A stretch of DNA of 64,000 nt from a virus, in IMG/VR virus record IMGVR_UViG_3300031669_000002, positions 96,001-160,000 of that record. The stretch is one strand, 5' to 3'. Both the position numbers and the translations under genes were made by a program. This document shows, in pieces, positions 21,272 through 30,831 of this stretch. Positions within the stretch are counted from its first letter, which is position 1. Every line of letters begins with the position of its first letter. The notes beneath the pieces are model-generated. The model saw only the letters and a list, made by a program, of their open reading frames with translations, did no database searches and was not told the DNA's origin.

Positions 21272-22072
21272 ATGAGCGGACCAGGACTTACACCAGTTGA
21301 CCCAAACCCAAGCCAACTAGAAACAATATCCAGAGCACATTCTGACATTATTGAATACACAAAAGCTCGCTTGGGCGATTCAATGATTGATGTTGACCTC
21401 GATAAAGGTGACTATGAAGTAGCCATCAAGCAGGCTCTACTTAGATATCGCCAAAGAGCAGAAAGGTCGGTTGAAGAATCATTTGCTTTCTTAGATTTGG
21501 TTCCCGACACGCAAGAATACTTCTTACCTAAAGAAGTTATGTCAGTAAAGCAAATATTCCGTCGTGGACTTGGTGGACTCGCCAATGCAACACAGTTTGA
21601 ACCGTTTAGCTCGGGGTTCTTAAATACCTACATGTTGGTAGCTGGTCGTGTTGGCGGACTTACCAATTACGAATTATTCGTAGACTATCAAAAGCTAACA
21701 ATGACGATGTTTGGTGGCTATATCACATTTAACTACAACGATGCGACTAAAAAGCTGGTTATTCACCGTCGTATGCCAGGTGAATATGAAGTAGAATCGG
21801 TTATGCTTTGGATCTATAACTACAAGCCAGATCAAGTTATTCTCAATGATTACAAGGCTTTTCCGTGGATTCAAGATTACGCTTATTCACTGTGCAAACA
21901 CATGTTAGGCGAAGCGCGTGAAAAATATGCAACAATCAACGGCCCACAAGGCGGATCATCGTTAAACGGGACCGCAATGAAGACTGAAGCCAAAGCAGAG
22001 ATGGATCAGTTGATTGTAGACTTAGGACAATATGTTGATGGATCGGCACCAATGTCATTTTTGATCGGGTAA
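21272..22072 (+). CDS. T4 gp13-like neck protein
   Basis: ARLGDSMIDVDL, WIQDYAYSLCK.MLG.AR.KY and GP.GG.SLNG..MK.EA motifs; late promoter at 21238. Confidence 0.8.
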   Translation: MSGPGLTPVDPNPSQLETISRAHSDIIEYTKARLGDSMIDVDLDKGDYEVAIKQALLRYRQRAERSVEESFAFLDLVPDTQEYFLPKEVMSVKQIFRRGLGGLANATQFEPFSSGFLNTYMLVAGRVGGLTNYELFVDYQKLTMTMFGGYITFNYNDATKKLVIHRRMPGEYEVESVMLWIYNYKPDQVILNDYKAFPWIQDYAYSLCKHMLGEAREKYATINGPQGGSSLNGTAMKTEAKAEMDQLIVDLGQYVDGSAPMSFLIG

Positions 22073-22107
22073 TCTTTCGTAGTAGGATAACCAGCATAAA
22101 TAAGAGT

Positions 22108-22932
22108 ATGAAAACAATACTCTTAAATATAATTAACGCTGATACTTCTTATAACAAGAATGCTACTCGATATCTCTATAAAACCCACCCGGACTTATGG
22201 AAGCAGGTAGTAGAAACTACTTGCTTTTTGCCAGAATCGGCGTTAGCCAAACAGCGAGTTTGGCACATTCTCAATGAGATATATGATATACCTAGATGTC
22301 CGATAACCGGAGAAGAAGTTAAGTGGTTTTGTAACAGATATTTGGGCACCGCAAATGTATCGGCCAGAACAACACTATTAAACAAATCTGGAAAACTAAA
22401 CAATCGATCAGAAGAAACTAATAAAAAACGATCAGACTCTAATAGAAAAACTGCTGAGGATGGATTAAGAAAGCCCTCTACTATTTCTGAAGAGACAATA
22501 AGACTTCGCACAGAAAAAGCCAAAGAGACTTGTTTAGAGAAGTATGGCGTAGATAACATAAGAAAGTTGCCTGCTATTATAAAGAAAATACAAAAGAAGA
22601 AATATGACTGGCATATTGCCAATGGTGGCACACCAAGAGAACAGAGACCGCTTAAAGATTTGTATTATGATGCAGTAAATAGATTCACCAAAGAAAGTTG
22701 GGTAAATTACTTCGACAAGATCAACCCTCAACGACTAAATCGTTCTGAGTTTCCGCTTGATCACATCTATAGCATTCACCAAGGATTTATGAATAATATT
22801 CCTCCATATATTATTGGACATTGGACTAACTTGCGTATTATCACGCTAATAGAAAACTCATCAAAGGGAAAACGATGCAGCAAGTCTCAAGAAGCATTGT
22901 TCAAAGATTTTTTTGCCAACATAGGTAAATAA
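22108..22932 (+). CDS. HNH-like homing endonuclease
   Basis: LDHIYSIHQGF...IGHWTNL...ENSSKG motif and CLEKYGVDN repeat; own late promoter at 22095. Confidence 0.8.
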   Translation: MKTILLNIINADTSYNKNATRYLYKTHPDLWKQVVETTCFLPESALAKQRVWHILNEIYDIPRCPITGEEVKWFCNRYLGTANVSARTTLLNKSGKLNNRSEETNKKRSDSNRKTAEDGLRKPSTISEETIRLRTEKAKETCLEKYGVDNIRKLPAIIKKIQKKKYDWHIANGGTPREQRPLKDLYYDAVNRFTKESWVNYFDKINPQRLNRSEFPLDHIYSIHQGFMNNIPPYIIGHWTNLRIITLIENSSKGKRCSKSQEALFKDFFANIGK

Positions 22933-22936
22933 TTAT

Positions 22937-23320
22937 ATGAGAGCAAAAGAATTTATAACTGAAGGTGGAACAGGATCGTTGGCACCAGGAGTTGCAGATG
23001 CTCTTCCCGCAACTTGGGTCCTACCTGACCTTAAGAGCCAAGACCCCTACTTACAGTATCGCTTTGGTTTAGCACTTGCCGCAGCAAGAGCGCAAGCAGC
23101 CGGTGAAGTATCTTACGCAGACGAAAGCATGTTTGGTGAGAAAATGGTTGTGATGGCCTATACACCAGAAGAAGAAAAAACACTCAATATGGCATTAGCT
23201 ATGTATGGTAAAAATAATGCAAGCCAACTCATATCTACTCGCAGTTCATCAGAGGCAAGCGATGTTCAAAAACATTCACCGGTAGCAAATATCAATCCGA
23301 AACGCAAAATCACATATTAA
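22937..23320 (+). CDS. Putative internal head protein (MRAxEFITEG family)
   Basis: Paralog of 37360..37716 (YRFG.A.A, YT..EE, SPVAN); late promoter at 22925. Confidence 0.55.
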   Translation: MRAKEFITEGGTGSLAPGVADALPATWVLPDLKSQDPYLQYRFGLALAAARAQAAGEVSYADESMFGEKMVVMAYTPEEEKTLNMALAMYGKNNASQLISTRSSSEASDVQKHSPVANINPKRKITY

Positions 23321-23364
23321 CCAAAAACCTTGCTTTATCCTATCTAATCCTGTATTATGGATAT

Positions 23365-23874
23365 ATGAAAAATCAACGATGCCTTTATATAGATATGGAC
23401 GACGTAGTTGCTGACTGGAATAAAGAAGCTCGCCGCTACTTAAAAAGAACTTGGGAATCCGGTGTATGGATACCAGAATCCGAATGGCAAAATTTAGAGG
23501 ATCATAAAAGATTCTATCGAGACTTACCTCTTATGGAAGGCGCCGAAGAGCTAATTGCGTGGGCAAGAACATTTACTGAGAAGAATAACATGCATTTGGC
23601 TTTCCTAACCGCATTGCCTAAAAACAACAAGATGCAATATGCAAGCTATGATAAGTTTCTTTGGGCACAAGAGCGTTTCCCAAATATTCCTGTATTCTTT
23701 GGCCCATACTCACACGACAAACACCATCACTGTCAACCGGGTGACATTCTAATCGACGACCGCACTTCAAACTGTGTAGAATGGCGACTTGTCGGAGGGA
23801 TAGCTCATCAATACACAACATGGGAGAAATGTAAAGAATGGATCTTCCATAATTTGGACAATACAATAAAATGA
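23365..23874 (+). CDS. 5'(3')-deoxyribonucleotidase (HAD family)
   Basis: YIDMDDVVAD motif I and ILIDDR motif IV; sigma70-like TTGCTT-N17-TATTAT upstream. Confidence 0.85.
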   Translation: MKNQRCLYIDMDDVVADWNKEARRYLKRTWESGVWIPESEWQNLEDHKRFYRDLPLMEGAEELIAWARTFTEKNNMHLAFLTALPKNNKMQYASYDKFLWAQERFPNIPVFFGPYSHDKHHHCQPGDILIDDRTSNCVEWRLVGGIAHQYTTWEKCKEWIFHNLDNTIK

Positions 23875-24185
23875 GAATAACTTATATTGGTCCACCATTA
23901 GGAACTTCTGCTTGGGATAACACTATTATATTCGACGACGAGTTTGATAATGGGCTTGATATGGATAGTATGTGCTGTTGGGTTAGCAATACATTTAAGG
24001 AGAATTTTATTATCCTTGAGTATAGTGAGAAGAGCATCGCAGGAGGATGCTTAGATAATGCTAAAGCGTGGAATGACGGATATGATAGCGATAGGTATAT
24101 ACTAATAGATAGATGGGAATTACGCTGCTCGTCAGAAGATGCAACCTTATTTCTACTAAAATACTCAAACAAGGAATCAGCATGA
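23871..24185 (+). CDS. Hypothetical protein (ATxFxLK-ending family)
   Basis: ATGA overlap; ends DATLFLLKYSNK. Confidence 0.65.
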   Translation: MRITYIGPPLGTSAWDNTIIFDDEFDNGLDMDSMCCWVSNTFKENFIILEYSEKSIAGGCLDNAKAWNDGYDSDRYILIDRWELRCSSEDATLFLLKYSNKESA

Positions 24186-24796
24186 TTATCAGTCTAAGTG
24201 GTTTGATAGGAAGTGGCAAGGACACGGTGGCAGAAATGCTGGTAGAACAACACGGATTCACGCGAGACTCATTTGCAGGAACACTCAAAGATGCAGTATC
24301 CGCAATCTTCGGATGGAATAGAGAGATGCTTGAAGGTAAGACCAAGGAAGCAAGGGCACAACGAGAAATAGTTGACCCGTGGTGGTCTGTTCGTCTTAAT
24401 AACCCAGAATTATCGCCAAGATGGATTCTCCAACATTTTGGCACAGAGGTCTGCAGAACACATCTTCACACTGATATCTGGGTTGCCAGTCTCGAAAACA
24501 AACTACGAAATCTAACTGAGGGAAATATTGTCATCAGTGATGCGCGGTTCACTAACGAACTCGATATGCTCAAAAATGCAGGAGCGCAGATGATATGTGT
24601 ATCTCGAGGACCAAAGCCGTTTTGGTGGAATACGGCAATTCAAGCTCATACTACGCCCGAAGCAATGGCCAAAATGATTGCACTTGATATACACAAAAGC
24701 GAGTGGGATTGGGCAGATTATAACTTTGACCTACATATCAATAATAACAAAAGCCTAGTTGAGTTAGAACAAACCGTCGATCTTTTAGTAGATTAA
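24182..24796 (+). CDS. Deoxynucleoside monophosphate kinase (T4 gp1-like)
   Basis: P-loop SGLIGSGKDT, FAGTLKDAV, PRWILQ.FGTE and ISDARF.NE; start at the ATGA overlap at 24182. Confidence 0.9.
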   Translation: MIISLSGLIGSGKDTVAEMLVEQHGFTRDSFAGTLKDAVSAIFGWNREMLEGKTKEARAQREIVDPWWSVRLNNPELSPRWILQHFGTEVCRTHLHTDIWVASLENKLRNLTEGNIVISDARFTNELDMLKNAGAQMICVSRGPKPFWWNTAIQAHTTPEAMAKMIALDIHKSEWDWADYNFDLHINNNKSLVELEQTVDLLVD

Positions 24797-25146
24797 AAAT
24801 CAGGAGTTAACTTTTCTCTGCCGTCTGGCTTCCATCCTAAACTACTATACTGAATTTCAATCGCACAATTAGCACAAATCGTCTTTAAGTTAAACCAATC
24901 ATTATTAGCAGAATTGCCATCTAGGTGGTAGACTGCTGACTGTTCCGTGTGTTTAAATCTAAATCCACACTTCTCGCATTTATCCTTCTTCTTATATCCT
25001 GTTCTTAGCCATCCTGCCGGAAGAGGTTTCTTCTTCTTTCGATAACATTGGTCACACTTATTTCGGTAATATGTCTTACCGTATTTAATATAATTTACTG
25101 CTACGGGTTTAACGTGACAGCAGGGACATAGTTTACGCTCTAGCAT
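24793..25146 (-). CDS. HNH endonuclease with Zn-binding Cys pairs
   Basis: CxxC pairs and YHLDGNSANNDWFNL..CANC; minus-strand late promoter immediately upstream. Confidence 0.75.
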   Translation of the reverse strand: MLERKLCPCCHVKPVAVNYIKYGKTYYRNKCDQCYRKKKKPLPAGWLRTGYKKKDKCEKCGFRFKHTEQSAVYHLDGNSANNDWFNLKTICANCAIEIQYSSLGWKPDGREKLTPDF

Positions 25147-25158
25147 ATAGTATTTAGT

Positions 25159-25182
25159 GAAGGCACTTTATAAAGTGCCTTC
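25159..25182. repeat. Perfect 24-bp palindrome between divergent late genes
   Basis: GAAGGCACTTTA|TAAAGTGCCTTC. Confidence 0.9.
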
Positions 25183-25263
25183 TACGGCGCCTGTTTTTGC
25201 CATAATGGCATAAATATTACTAACAAGTAATTTAACTATTACACACCAATTTTAGGAGAGACA

Positions 25264-25950
25264 ATGCTATATCATTTTACATATAAGACAACAAACACAA
25301 TTAATGATAAGTCTTATTATGGAAAACATTCAACCACTAATCTAGAGGATGGATATCTGGGATCAGGACTAAATCTATCTCGTGCGATTAAAAAATATGG
25401 TAGAGAAGTATTTACAACTGAAATTCTCTTCTTTTATGAAAACACAGAAGAGTTAAACAATGCCGAAAAAGAATTAATTACCGAAGAGATGATCAACTCT
25501 AATACGACATATAATATTGCAGTTGGCGGCCAAGGAGGAAATCTGGGATTGTTAGTTAATAAGAAAATATCTCAAAAAACTAAAGGAGTTAAAAAAGGGC
25601 CATGTTCAGACACACATAGAAAAAATATGAGACTTGCTAAACTTGGGTATGTCTTCTCAGACGAAAGTTTAAAGAGAAGATCTACCACAGTCAAAGAAAA
25701 AAATGCAAAATTGACTAGACGTGAAAAAGCAATCGGTTCAAGATCTTCAGGAGAAAAGAATGGATTTTATAATAAATCACACTCTGCTGAATTTAAAGAA
25801 AATCAAAGAAATCGTTTATTGACTCGTTCTATTCCAATAAGTGCTAAATCAGTCACTATTAACGGGATAACTTATTCAATGATGATGACAGCAATGAAAG
25901 AACTTGGCGTCAATAGACGCACACTACTTAAATTAATAGGAGAAAAATAA
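25264..25950 (+). CDS. GIY-YIG (Seg-like) homing endonuclease
   Basis: FTYKTTN.IN.K.YYGKH...DGYLGSG motif and NUMOD3-like GEKNGFYNKSHS. Confidence 0.85.
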   Translation: MLYHFTYKTTNTINDKSYYGKHSTTNLEDGYLGSGLNLSRAIKKYGREVFTTEILFFYENTEELNNAEKELITEEMINSNTTYNIAVGGQGGNLGLLVNKKISQKTKGVKKGPCSDTHRKNMRLAKLGYVFSDESLKRRSTTVKEKNAKLTRREKAIGSRSSGEKNGFYNKSHSAEFKENQRNRLLTRSIPISAKSVTINGITYSMMMTAMKELGVNRRTLLKLIGEK

Positions 25951-28900
25951 TGCTAGTATCCCCAGGACAAGAAATCACTATTATTGACGACAGTCAATAT
26001 GTTTCATCAAGCGTAGGAACCGTTCCTTTTATCTTACTTGCAACAGCACAAGATAAGACATTCCAAGGACTTCCAGCAGCATATACATCTAAAGCAAATG
26101 CAGGACAACTATTGTCTTTTAGCAGTCAGCGTGATATGATTACTAATCTTGGTTATCCACTATTCAAACAAAGCTCGGCAGGAACACCGCTAAACGCATA
26201 TGAAACAAACGAATATGGTTTAATGGCTGGTTACAGTGCAATGGGCGTAAGCAATAAGTCATACGTTATTCGTGCTGACATTGACCTAGCTCAACTAGAA
26301 GGAACAGCAGTTCGTCCAATAGGGTTACCATTGAATGGAACAATGTGGTTAGATACTGCTGATTCAACTTGGGGAATTTATGAATGGAATGCAACTACGC
26401 AAAGTTATGTAAATCGTATTCCGTTAGTTATAACTGATCCTACTGAAGTATCTGGTACACCGCCATTGCCACTGCCATCAATTGGGTCAATTGATTCTTA
26501 TGCAGTTATTGCGTTATCAGCTACAGCAACAACATCAGCATATAATAACATTTGCTACAAAGGGTCTGATAATCAATGGACGCATGTTGGTAATCCAGCA
26601 GCGCCTGAATCACCATCTTGGCAAAATGAATGGCCAGCAGTTACTGGCAATGTTGCCGCTGTTGGTGGCAACTTTACCGGACTCACTACTCAAACTCTAG
26701 TATTAAATAATGTTATAATTACTGCTATCTCAACAAGTTTAACCAACACAGTACAACAAATTAATACTGCTGGAATTACCGGAGTATCAGCAGCAGCAGT
26801 TAACAATCAACTTGCATTATATGCAACATCAGTTGCAACTAACGGAGAAGTTACTATTGCTGCAAACTCAACAGCACTGTCGACTTTGGGATTAACTTCC
26901 GGAACCTATGCAGCGCCAGCAATTCAATACGGTAGCTATGTTTCTGTACCAGACTGGAGGAGCACAGATGCAACTCCTCGTCCTACTGGAAGCGTTTGGT
27001 TCAAAACCTCTACATTAGGAAGCGGCACAAACTTTGTTCTTAAAGAATTTAACGCAAACAATGATGCTTGGACATCAATCGCTACACCAATTTACGCAGA
27101 CGATGCAGATGCAATCTATAACTTAGATCCAACTGCTGGCGGAAGCAACATTCAAGCAGGAACAGTGTATGTTCAGCAAGATGCACTATTTGGTGGCAGT
27201 ACTACTGTTGGCACAGGATCATTCCTTTTCTTAGATAGAACAACACAGGGCGCATTAACTATAACTGGCTCAAACACTTCGCCGACATTTAATAACACAG
27301 TTGATAATATTACTGTGTCGGTAACACAGGTTGGAGTTGCTGGTTGGTTAACTGCAACAGCAAACATATCTGGCAATACTGCTCAGGCTTTTGTAAGCAC
27401 AATATCGTCGCTTAATCTGCCATACTTAGTTGCTACTGTTACTGGAACTGGCGCAATTTCATTATCACATGCTGCGGGTGGTTCAATTAAGCTTTCACAA
27501 ACAGGATTAAGTGACACATTAGCAAAAGCAGGATTTATTGGTGCAACTGGTGTTACATTAATACCAGGCACATCTGCCCCTCAATATCTGGCAAGTAACT
27601 TTACTAAGTTGTTATACACTGCTCAGTCACTGACTCCGTATACTGCACCTGCAGATGGAACGCTATGGTTCTTTAATAGTCCACTTGATGTAGATATTAT
27701 GGTTAATGACTTAGGTGGATGGAAAGGATATAAGAATGTTACTCTTGATGCTAGAGGATATAATTTATCTAATACAGACCCACTTGGACCAATTATGTCG
27801 CCTACTGCACCAATTACGCAAACAGACAATACTCCATTGGTTCCAGGAGATTTATGGGTTAACACAGGCGAATTAACTAATGCTCCTGTTATTTCAAGAT
27901 ATACAGGTACTTCGTGGTCTTTGATCAATAATGCAGACTCTGTTGATCAAAACGGTATTGTATTTGCTGATGCACGTTGGGACACAACTGGAACAACTGA
28001 TCCTGTAGCTGGAAACTATCCATCAATAGTAGCATTGCAGTCAAGCAACTACCTTGATATAGATGCACCGGATTATCGCTTGTATCCACGAGGCACGTTA
28101 TTGTTTAACCTACGTCGTTCAGGATATAACGTTAAACACTTTGTGGCAGACTATTTTAATACTACTGCATTTTCGGTAGCTGGTTGGACTGCAACTACCG
28201 CCTACACAGCTGGAACAAAGGTGGTGTATGAAGGCGTTATTTACGTTGCAGTAACAAGCTCGACTAACCAAACACCGTTAGCAAATCCAACGTATTGGGC
28301 AACATTAGAATCAGCAACTTGGGTTACCTCAAGCGGCCTACAAAATAATGGCGCACCATATATGGGTGCAGGTGCTCAACGCGCAATGGTAGTTAAAGCT
28401 CTTAAAGCAGCAATTGATGGTAGCGACACATTACGTGAAGAAAGCTTCCAATTCAACTTAATTACTTGCCCAGGATATCCAGAATTGATTCCTGATATGG
28501 TTAATTTGAATAATGATCGTAAGAACACTGCTTTCGTTATCGGCGACACCCCAATGCATTTGGCAGCAAACGGAATAGATGTTACAAATTGGTCAACCGA
28601 TGCAAACGGAGACGGACTAGCAACAGCAGATCCATACATGGGTGTTTACTATCCATCAGGTTTAACTACAGACTTGTCAGGCAACAACATTGTTGTGCCA
28701 CCAAGCCACATGGTTCTTCGTGCTGCTATTAAGAGCGATAACGTATCGTATCCGTGGTTCGCTTTTGCAGGAACACGTCGTGGTTTAGTTGACAACTGTT
28801 CAGACATTGGATATGTTGATGCTAACTTAGGTGAGTTTGTACGCAACGGTATTAACCAAGGGATGCGTGATACTCTTTATCCATTAGCAATTAACCCAAT

Positions 28901-29294
28901 TACGCTTTTAAGTGGTGTTGGTCTTACTATTTTTGGTAACAAGACTCGTGTTGGTGTAGCTAGTTCATTAGATCGAGTTAACGTAGCTCGCTTAGTTAAT
29001 TACATTCGTACTATCCTTGCTTCGGTCGGTAATGCATACTTATTTGAACCAGACGATAAGACTACTTGGGATTCAATTGCACAGGTTATCTCAAGTGCAA
29101 TGAATGACCTAGTAACAAAACGTGCAATTTATGACTATGCTGTTGTTTGTGATTCATCTAACAATACACCACAGCGTATTGCCAATAACGAGCTGTATGT
29201 GGATATAGCCATTGAGCCAGAAAAGGATGTTGAATTTATCTATATTCCAATTCGCTTAATGAATCCAGGCGCAATTGCTTCTGGCGGCAAATAA
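25950..29294 (+). CDS. Contractile tail sheath protein (gp18-like) with large insertions
   Basis: N-terminal LVSPG.EITIID; C-terminal PWFAFAG..RG, RVNVARL..Y and VDIAIEP.K..EFIYI motifs. Confidence 0.95.
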   Translation: MLVSPGQEITIIDDSQYVSSSVGTVPFILLATAQDKTFQGLPAAYTSKANAGQLLSFSSQRDMITNLGYPLFKQSSAGTPLNAYETNEYGLMAGYSAMGVSNKSYVIRADIDLAQLEGTAVRPIGLPLNGTMWLDTADSTWGIYEWNATTQSYVNRIPLVITDPTEVSGTPPLPLPSIGSIDSYAVIALSATATTSAYNNICYKGSDNQWTHVGNPAAPESPSWQNEWPAVTGNVAAVGGNFTGLTTQTLVLNNVIITAISTSLTNTVQQINTAGITGVSAAAVNNQLALYATSVATNGEVTIAANSTALSTLGLTSGTYAAPAIQYGSYVSVPDWRSTDATPRPTGSVWFKTSTLGSGTNFVLKEFNANNDAWTSIATPIYADDADAIYNLDPTAGGSNIQAGTVYVQQDALFGGSTTVGTGSFLFLDRTTQGALTITGSNTSPTFNNTVDNITVSVTQVGVAGWLTATANISGNTAQAFVSTISSLNLPYLVATVTGTGAISLSHAAGGSIKLSQTGLSDTLAKAGFIGATGVTLIPGTSAPQYLASNFTKLLYTAQSLTPYTAPADGTLWFFNSPLDVDIMVNDLGGWKGYKNVTLDARGYNLSNTDPLGPIMSPTAPITQTDNTPLVPGDLWVNTGELTNAPVISRYTGTSWSLINNADSVDQNGIVFADARWDTTGTTDPVAGNYPSIVALQSSNYLDIDAPDYRLYPRGTLLFNLRRSGYNVKHFVADYFNTTAFSVAGWTATTAYTAGTKVVYEGVIYVAVTSSTNQTPLANPTYWATLESATWVTSSGLQNNGAPYMGAGAQRAMVVKALKAAIDGSDTLREESFQFNLITCPGYPELIPDMVNLNNDRKNTAFVIGDTPMHLAANGIDVTNWSTDANGDGLATADPYMGVYYPSGLTTDLSGNNIVVPPSHMVLRAAIKSDNVSYPWFAFAGTRRGLVDNCSDIGYVDANLGEFVRNGINQGMRDTLYPLAINPITLLSGVGLTIFGNKTRVGVASSLDRVNVARLVNYIRTILASVGNAYLFEPDDKTTWDSIAQVISSAMNDLVTKRAIYDYAVVCDSSNNTPQRIANNELYVDIAIEPEKDVEFIYIPIRLMNPGAIASGGK

Positions 29295-29314
29295 GTTTCC
29301 TTGGAATGGGAAGG

Positions 29315-29340
29315 GTAGGGCAGAAATGCCCTACTTAATT
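29315..29340 (+). terminator. Intrinsic terminator-like hairpin after the sheath gene
   Basis: GTAGGGCA-GAAA-TGCCCTAC followed by a weak T tract. Confidence 0.6.
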
Positions 29341-29431
29341 AACTACACAGATAATAGTTTTACCAAAAGTCGAAAGATTTTTGTTTCGATAGATAAATAT
29401 TAGTATAGAAGTAAAGTTTAAGGAGAATTGG

Positions 29432-30121
29432 GTGAGGGAGTTTAGACCAACATACTTATATATCAAGAGGCATAAGATAACCGGTAAGCTGTATTTCGGT
29501 AAAACATCTAATGGCTACGAAGAAATGCTTGCATATTTAGGTTCAGGTACTGTTTGGAATCGGCATATTAACAAGCACGGAATAGAGCATGTAGAAACTA
29601 TTTGGTTTTGTTTATATTATAATAGAGAAGATTGTAAAGAGTTTGCTGAGTGTTTTTCTGAACAAGAAAAGATAGTTGAATCAAAAATCTGGGCGAATTT
29701 ACGTCCTGAGAATGGCATCAATGGTGGCGGGACAAAAGGCGAGGGATTCGGTAGAAAACAATCTGCTGAGACTAAGGCCAAACGGTCAGCGGCGATGTTA
29801 GGAAACACAAATTTTAAATTTAGAAAAAACTTTGATCGAGCACCAATTTCAGAAAATCATAAAGAAAGAATAGCAAAAGCACAAACAGGTAAGAAGCAGT
29901 CTGCAGAAACTATAGCAAAAAAGATAAAGAAGCAAACTGGTCAAAAAAGAACAGAAGAAACAAAGAAAAATATGAGGAAACCAAAGTATTCAAATAAAAA
30001 TTATTTTGGTAAAAAAGAGAGGGTAAAATGTATATATTGCCCCAAAGTAGGCGGAGTAAACATTATGCCGAGGTATCATTTTGATAACTGTAAGTATAAA
30101 ATAATTAATATCATATCATAG
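29432..30121 (+). CDS. GIY-YIG-like homing endonuclease
   Basis: YLYIKRHKITGKLYFGKT...YLGSG, NUMOD3-like KQSAET repeats and CIYC..RYHFDNC; own late promoter at 29392. Confidence 0.8.
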   Translation: MREFRPTYLYIKRHKITGKLYFGKTSNGYEEMLAYLGSGTVWNRHINKHGIEHVETIWFCLYYNREDCKEFAECFSEQEKIVESKIWANLRPENGINGGGTKGEGFGRKQSAETKAKRSAAMLGNTNFKFRKNFDRAPISENHKERIAKAQTGKKQSAETIAKKIKKQTGQKRTEETKKNMRKPKYSNKNYFGKKERVKCIYCPKVGGVNIMPRYHFDNCKYKIINIIS

Positions 30122-30131
30122 GAGAACTATA

Positions 30132-30746
30132 GTGGCAATCGCATCCTTAACAAAATTTACAGTACCATTGGCAACATCAACTAGTGCTTCGGCACAGGGC
30201 TTGCTAATGCCTAAGATGAAGTATCGTTTTCGTGTTTCCTTTACTAGCTTCGGAGTAAGTTCAAACACAACAGAACTAACAAAACAAGTTAAGACATTTG
30301 GTCGTCCAAAGCCAGATTTTGATATGGTAGTTCTTGATGTTTATAACAGCAGAGTCAACCTAATTGGAAAACCGAAGTGGTCTCCTATTACGTGTGTTAT
30401 TCGCGACGATGCTGTTGGTAATGTATCAAAACTTGTTGGTGAGCAAATGCAGAAACAATTCGACTTTGCTGAACAGTCGTCGGCAGCTTCTGGCGGAGAT
30501 TACAAGTTTATGATCTTACTAGAAGAACTAGACGGCGGCAACGGAGCAAATACACCAACTGTTCTTGAAACATGGGAAATGTACGGTTGCTTGTTAACGG
30601 GAGTTGAGTACGGCGATAATGACTATGGTTCAAGTGATGCAATTGAGCTAACATTAAATATCCAGTTCGATAATGCAATTCAATCACCGACAGGAACAGG
30701 AATCGGAACAAATGTTGGTCGTACATTGGGAACAGCAGCAACCTAA
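30132..30746 (+). CDS. Tail tube protein (gp19-like)
   Basis: PKMKYRFRV, K..W.PIT..IRDD, ETWEMYGC and LTLNIQFDNA; follows the sheath gene. Confidence 0.9.
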   Translation: MAIASLTKFTVPLATSTSASAQGLLMPKMKYRFRVSFTSFGVSSNTTELTKQVKTFGRPKPDFDMVVLDVYNSRVNLIGKPKWSPITCVIRDDAVGNVSKLVGEQMQKQFDFAEQSSAASGGDYKFMILLEELDGGNGANTPTVLETWEMYGCLLTGVEYGDNDYGSSDAIELTLNIQFDNAIQSPTGTGIGTNVGRTLGTAAT

Positions 30747-30766
30747 TAAAAAAACACATCAATGTC

Positions 30767-30798
30767 AAATAAGAGGCTTCGGCCTCTTATTTTGTTTT
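30767..30798 (+). terminator. Intrinsic terminator
   Basis: AAATAAGAGGC-TTCG-GCCTCTTATTT plus T tract. Confidence 0.9.
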
Positions 30799-30831
30799 AA
30801 TTGGCACTTTTTCGGATGCTAAATACATTAT

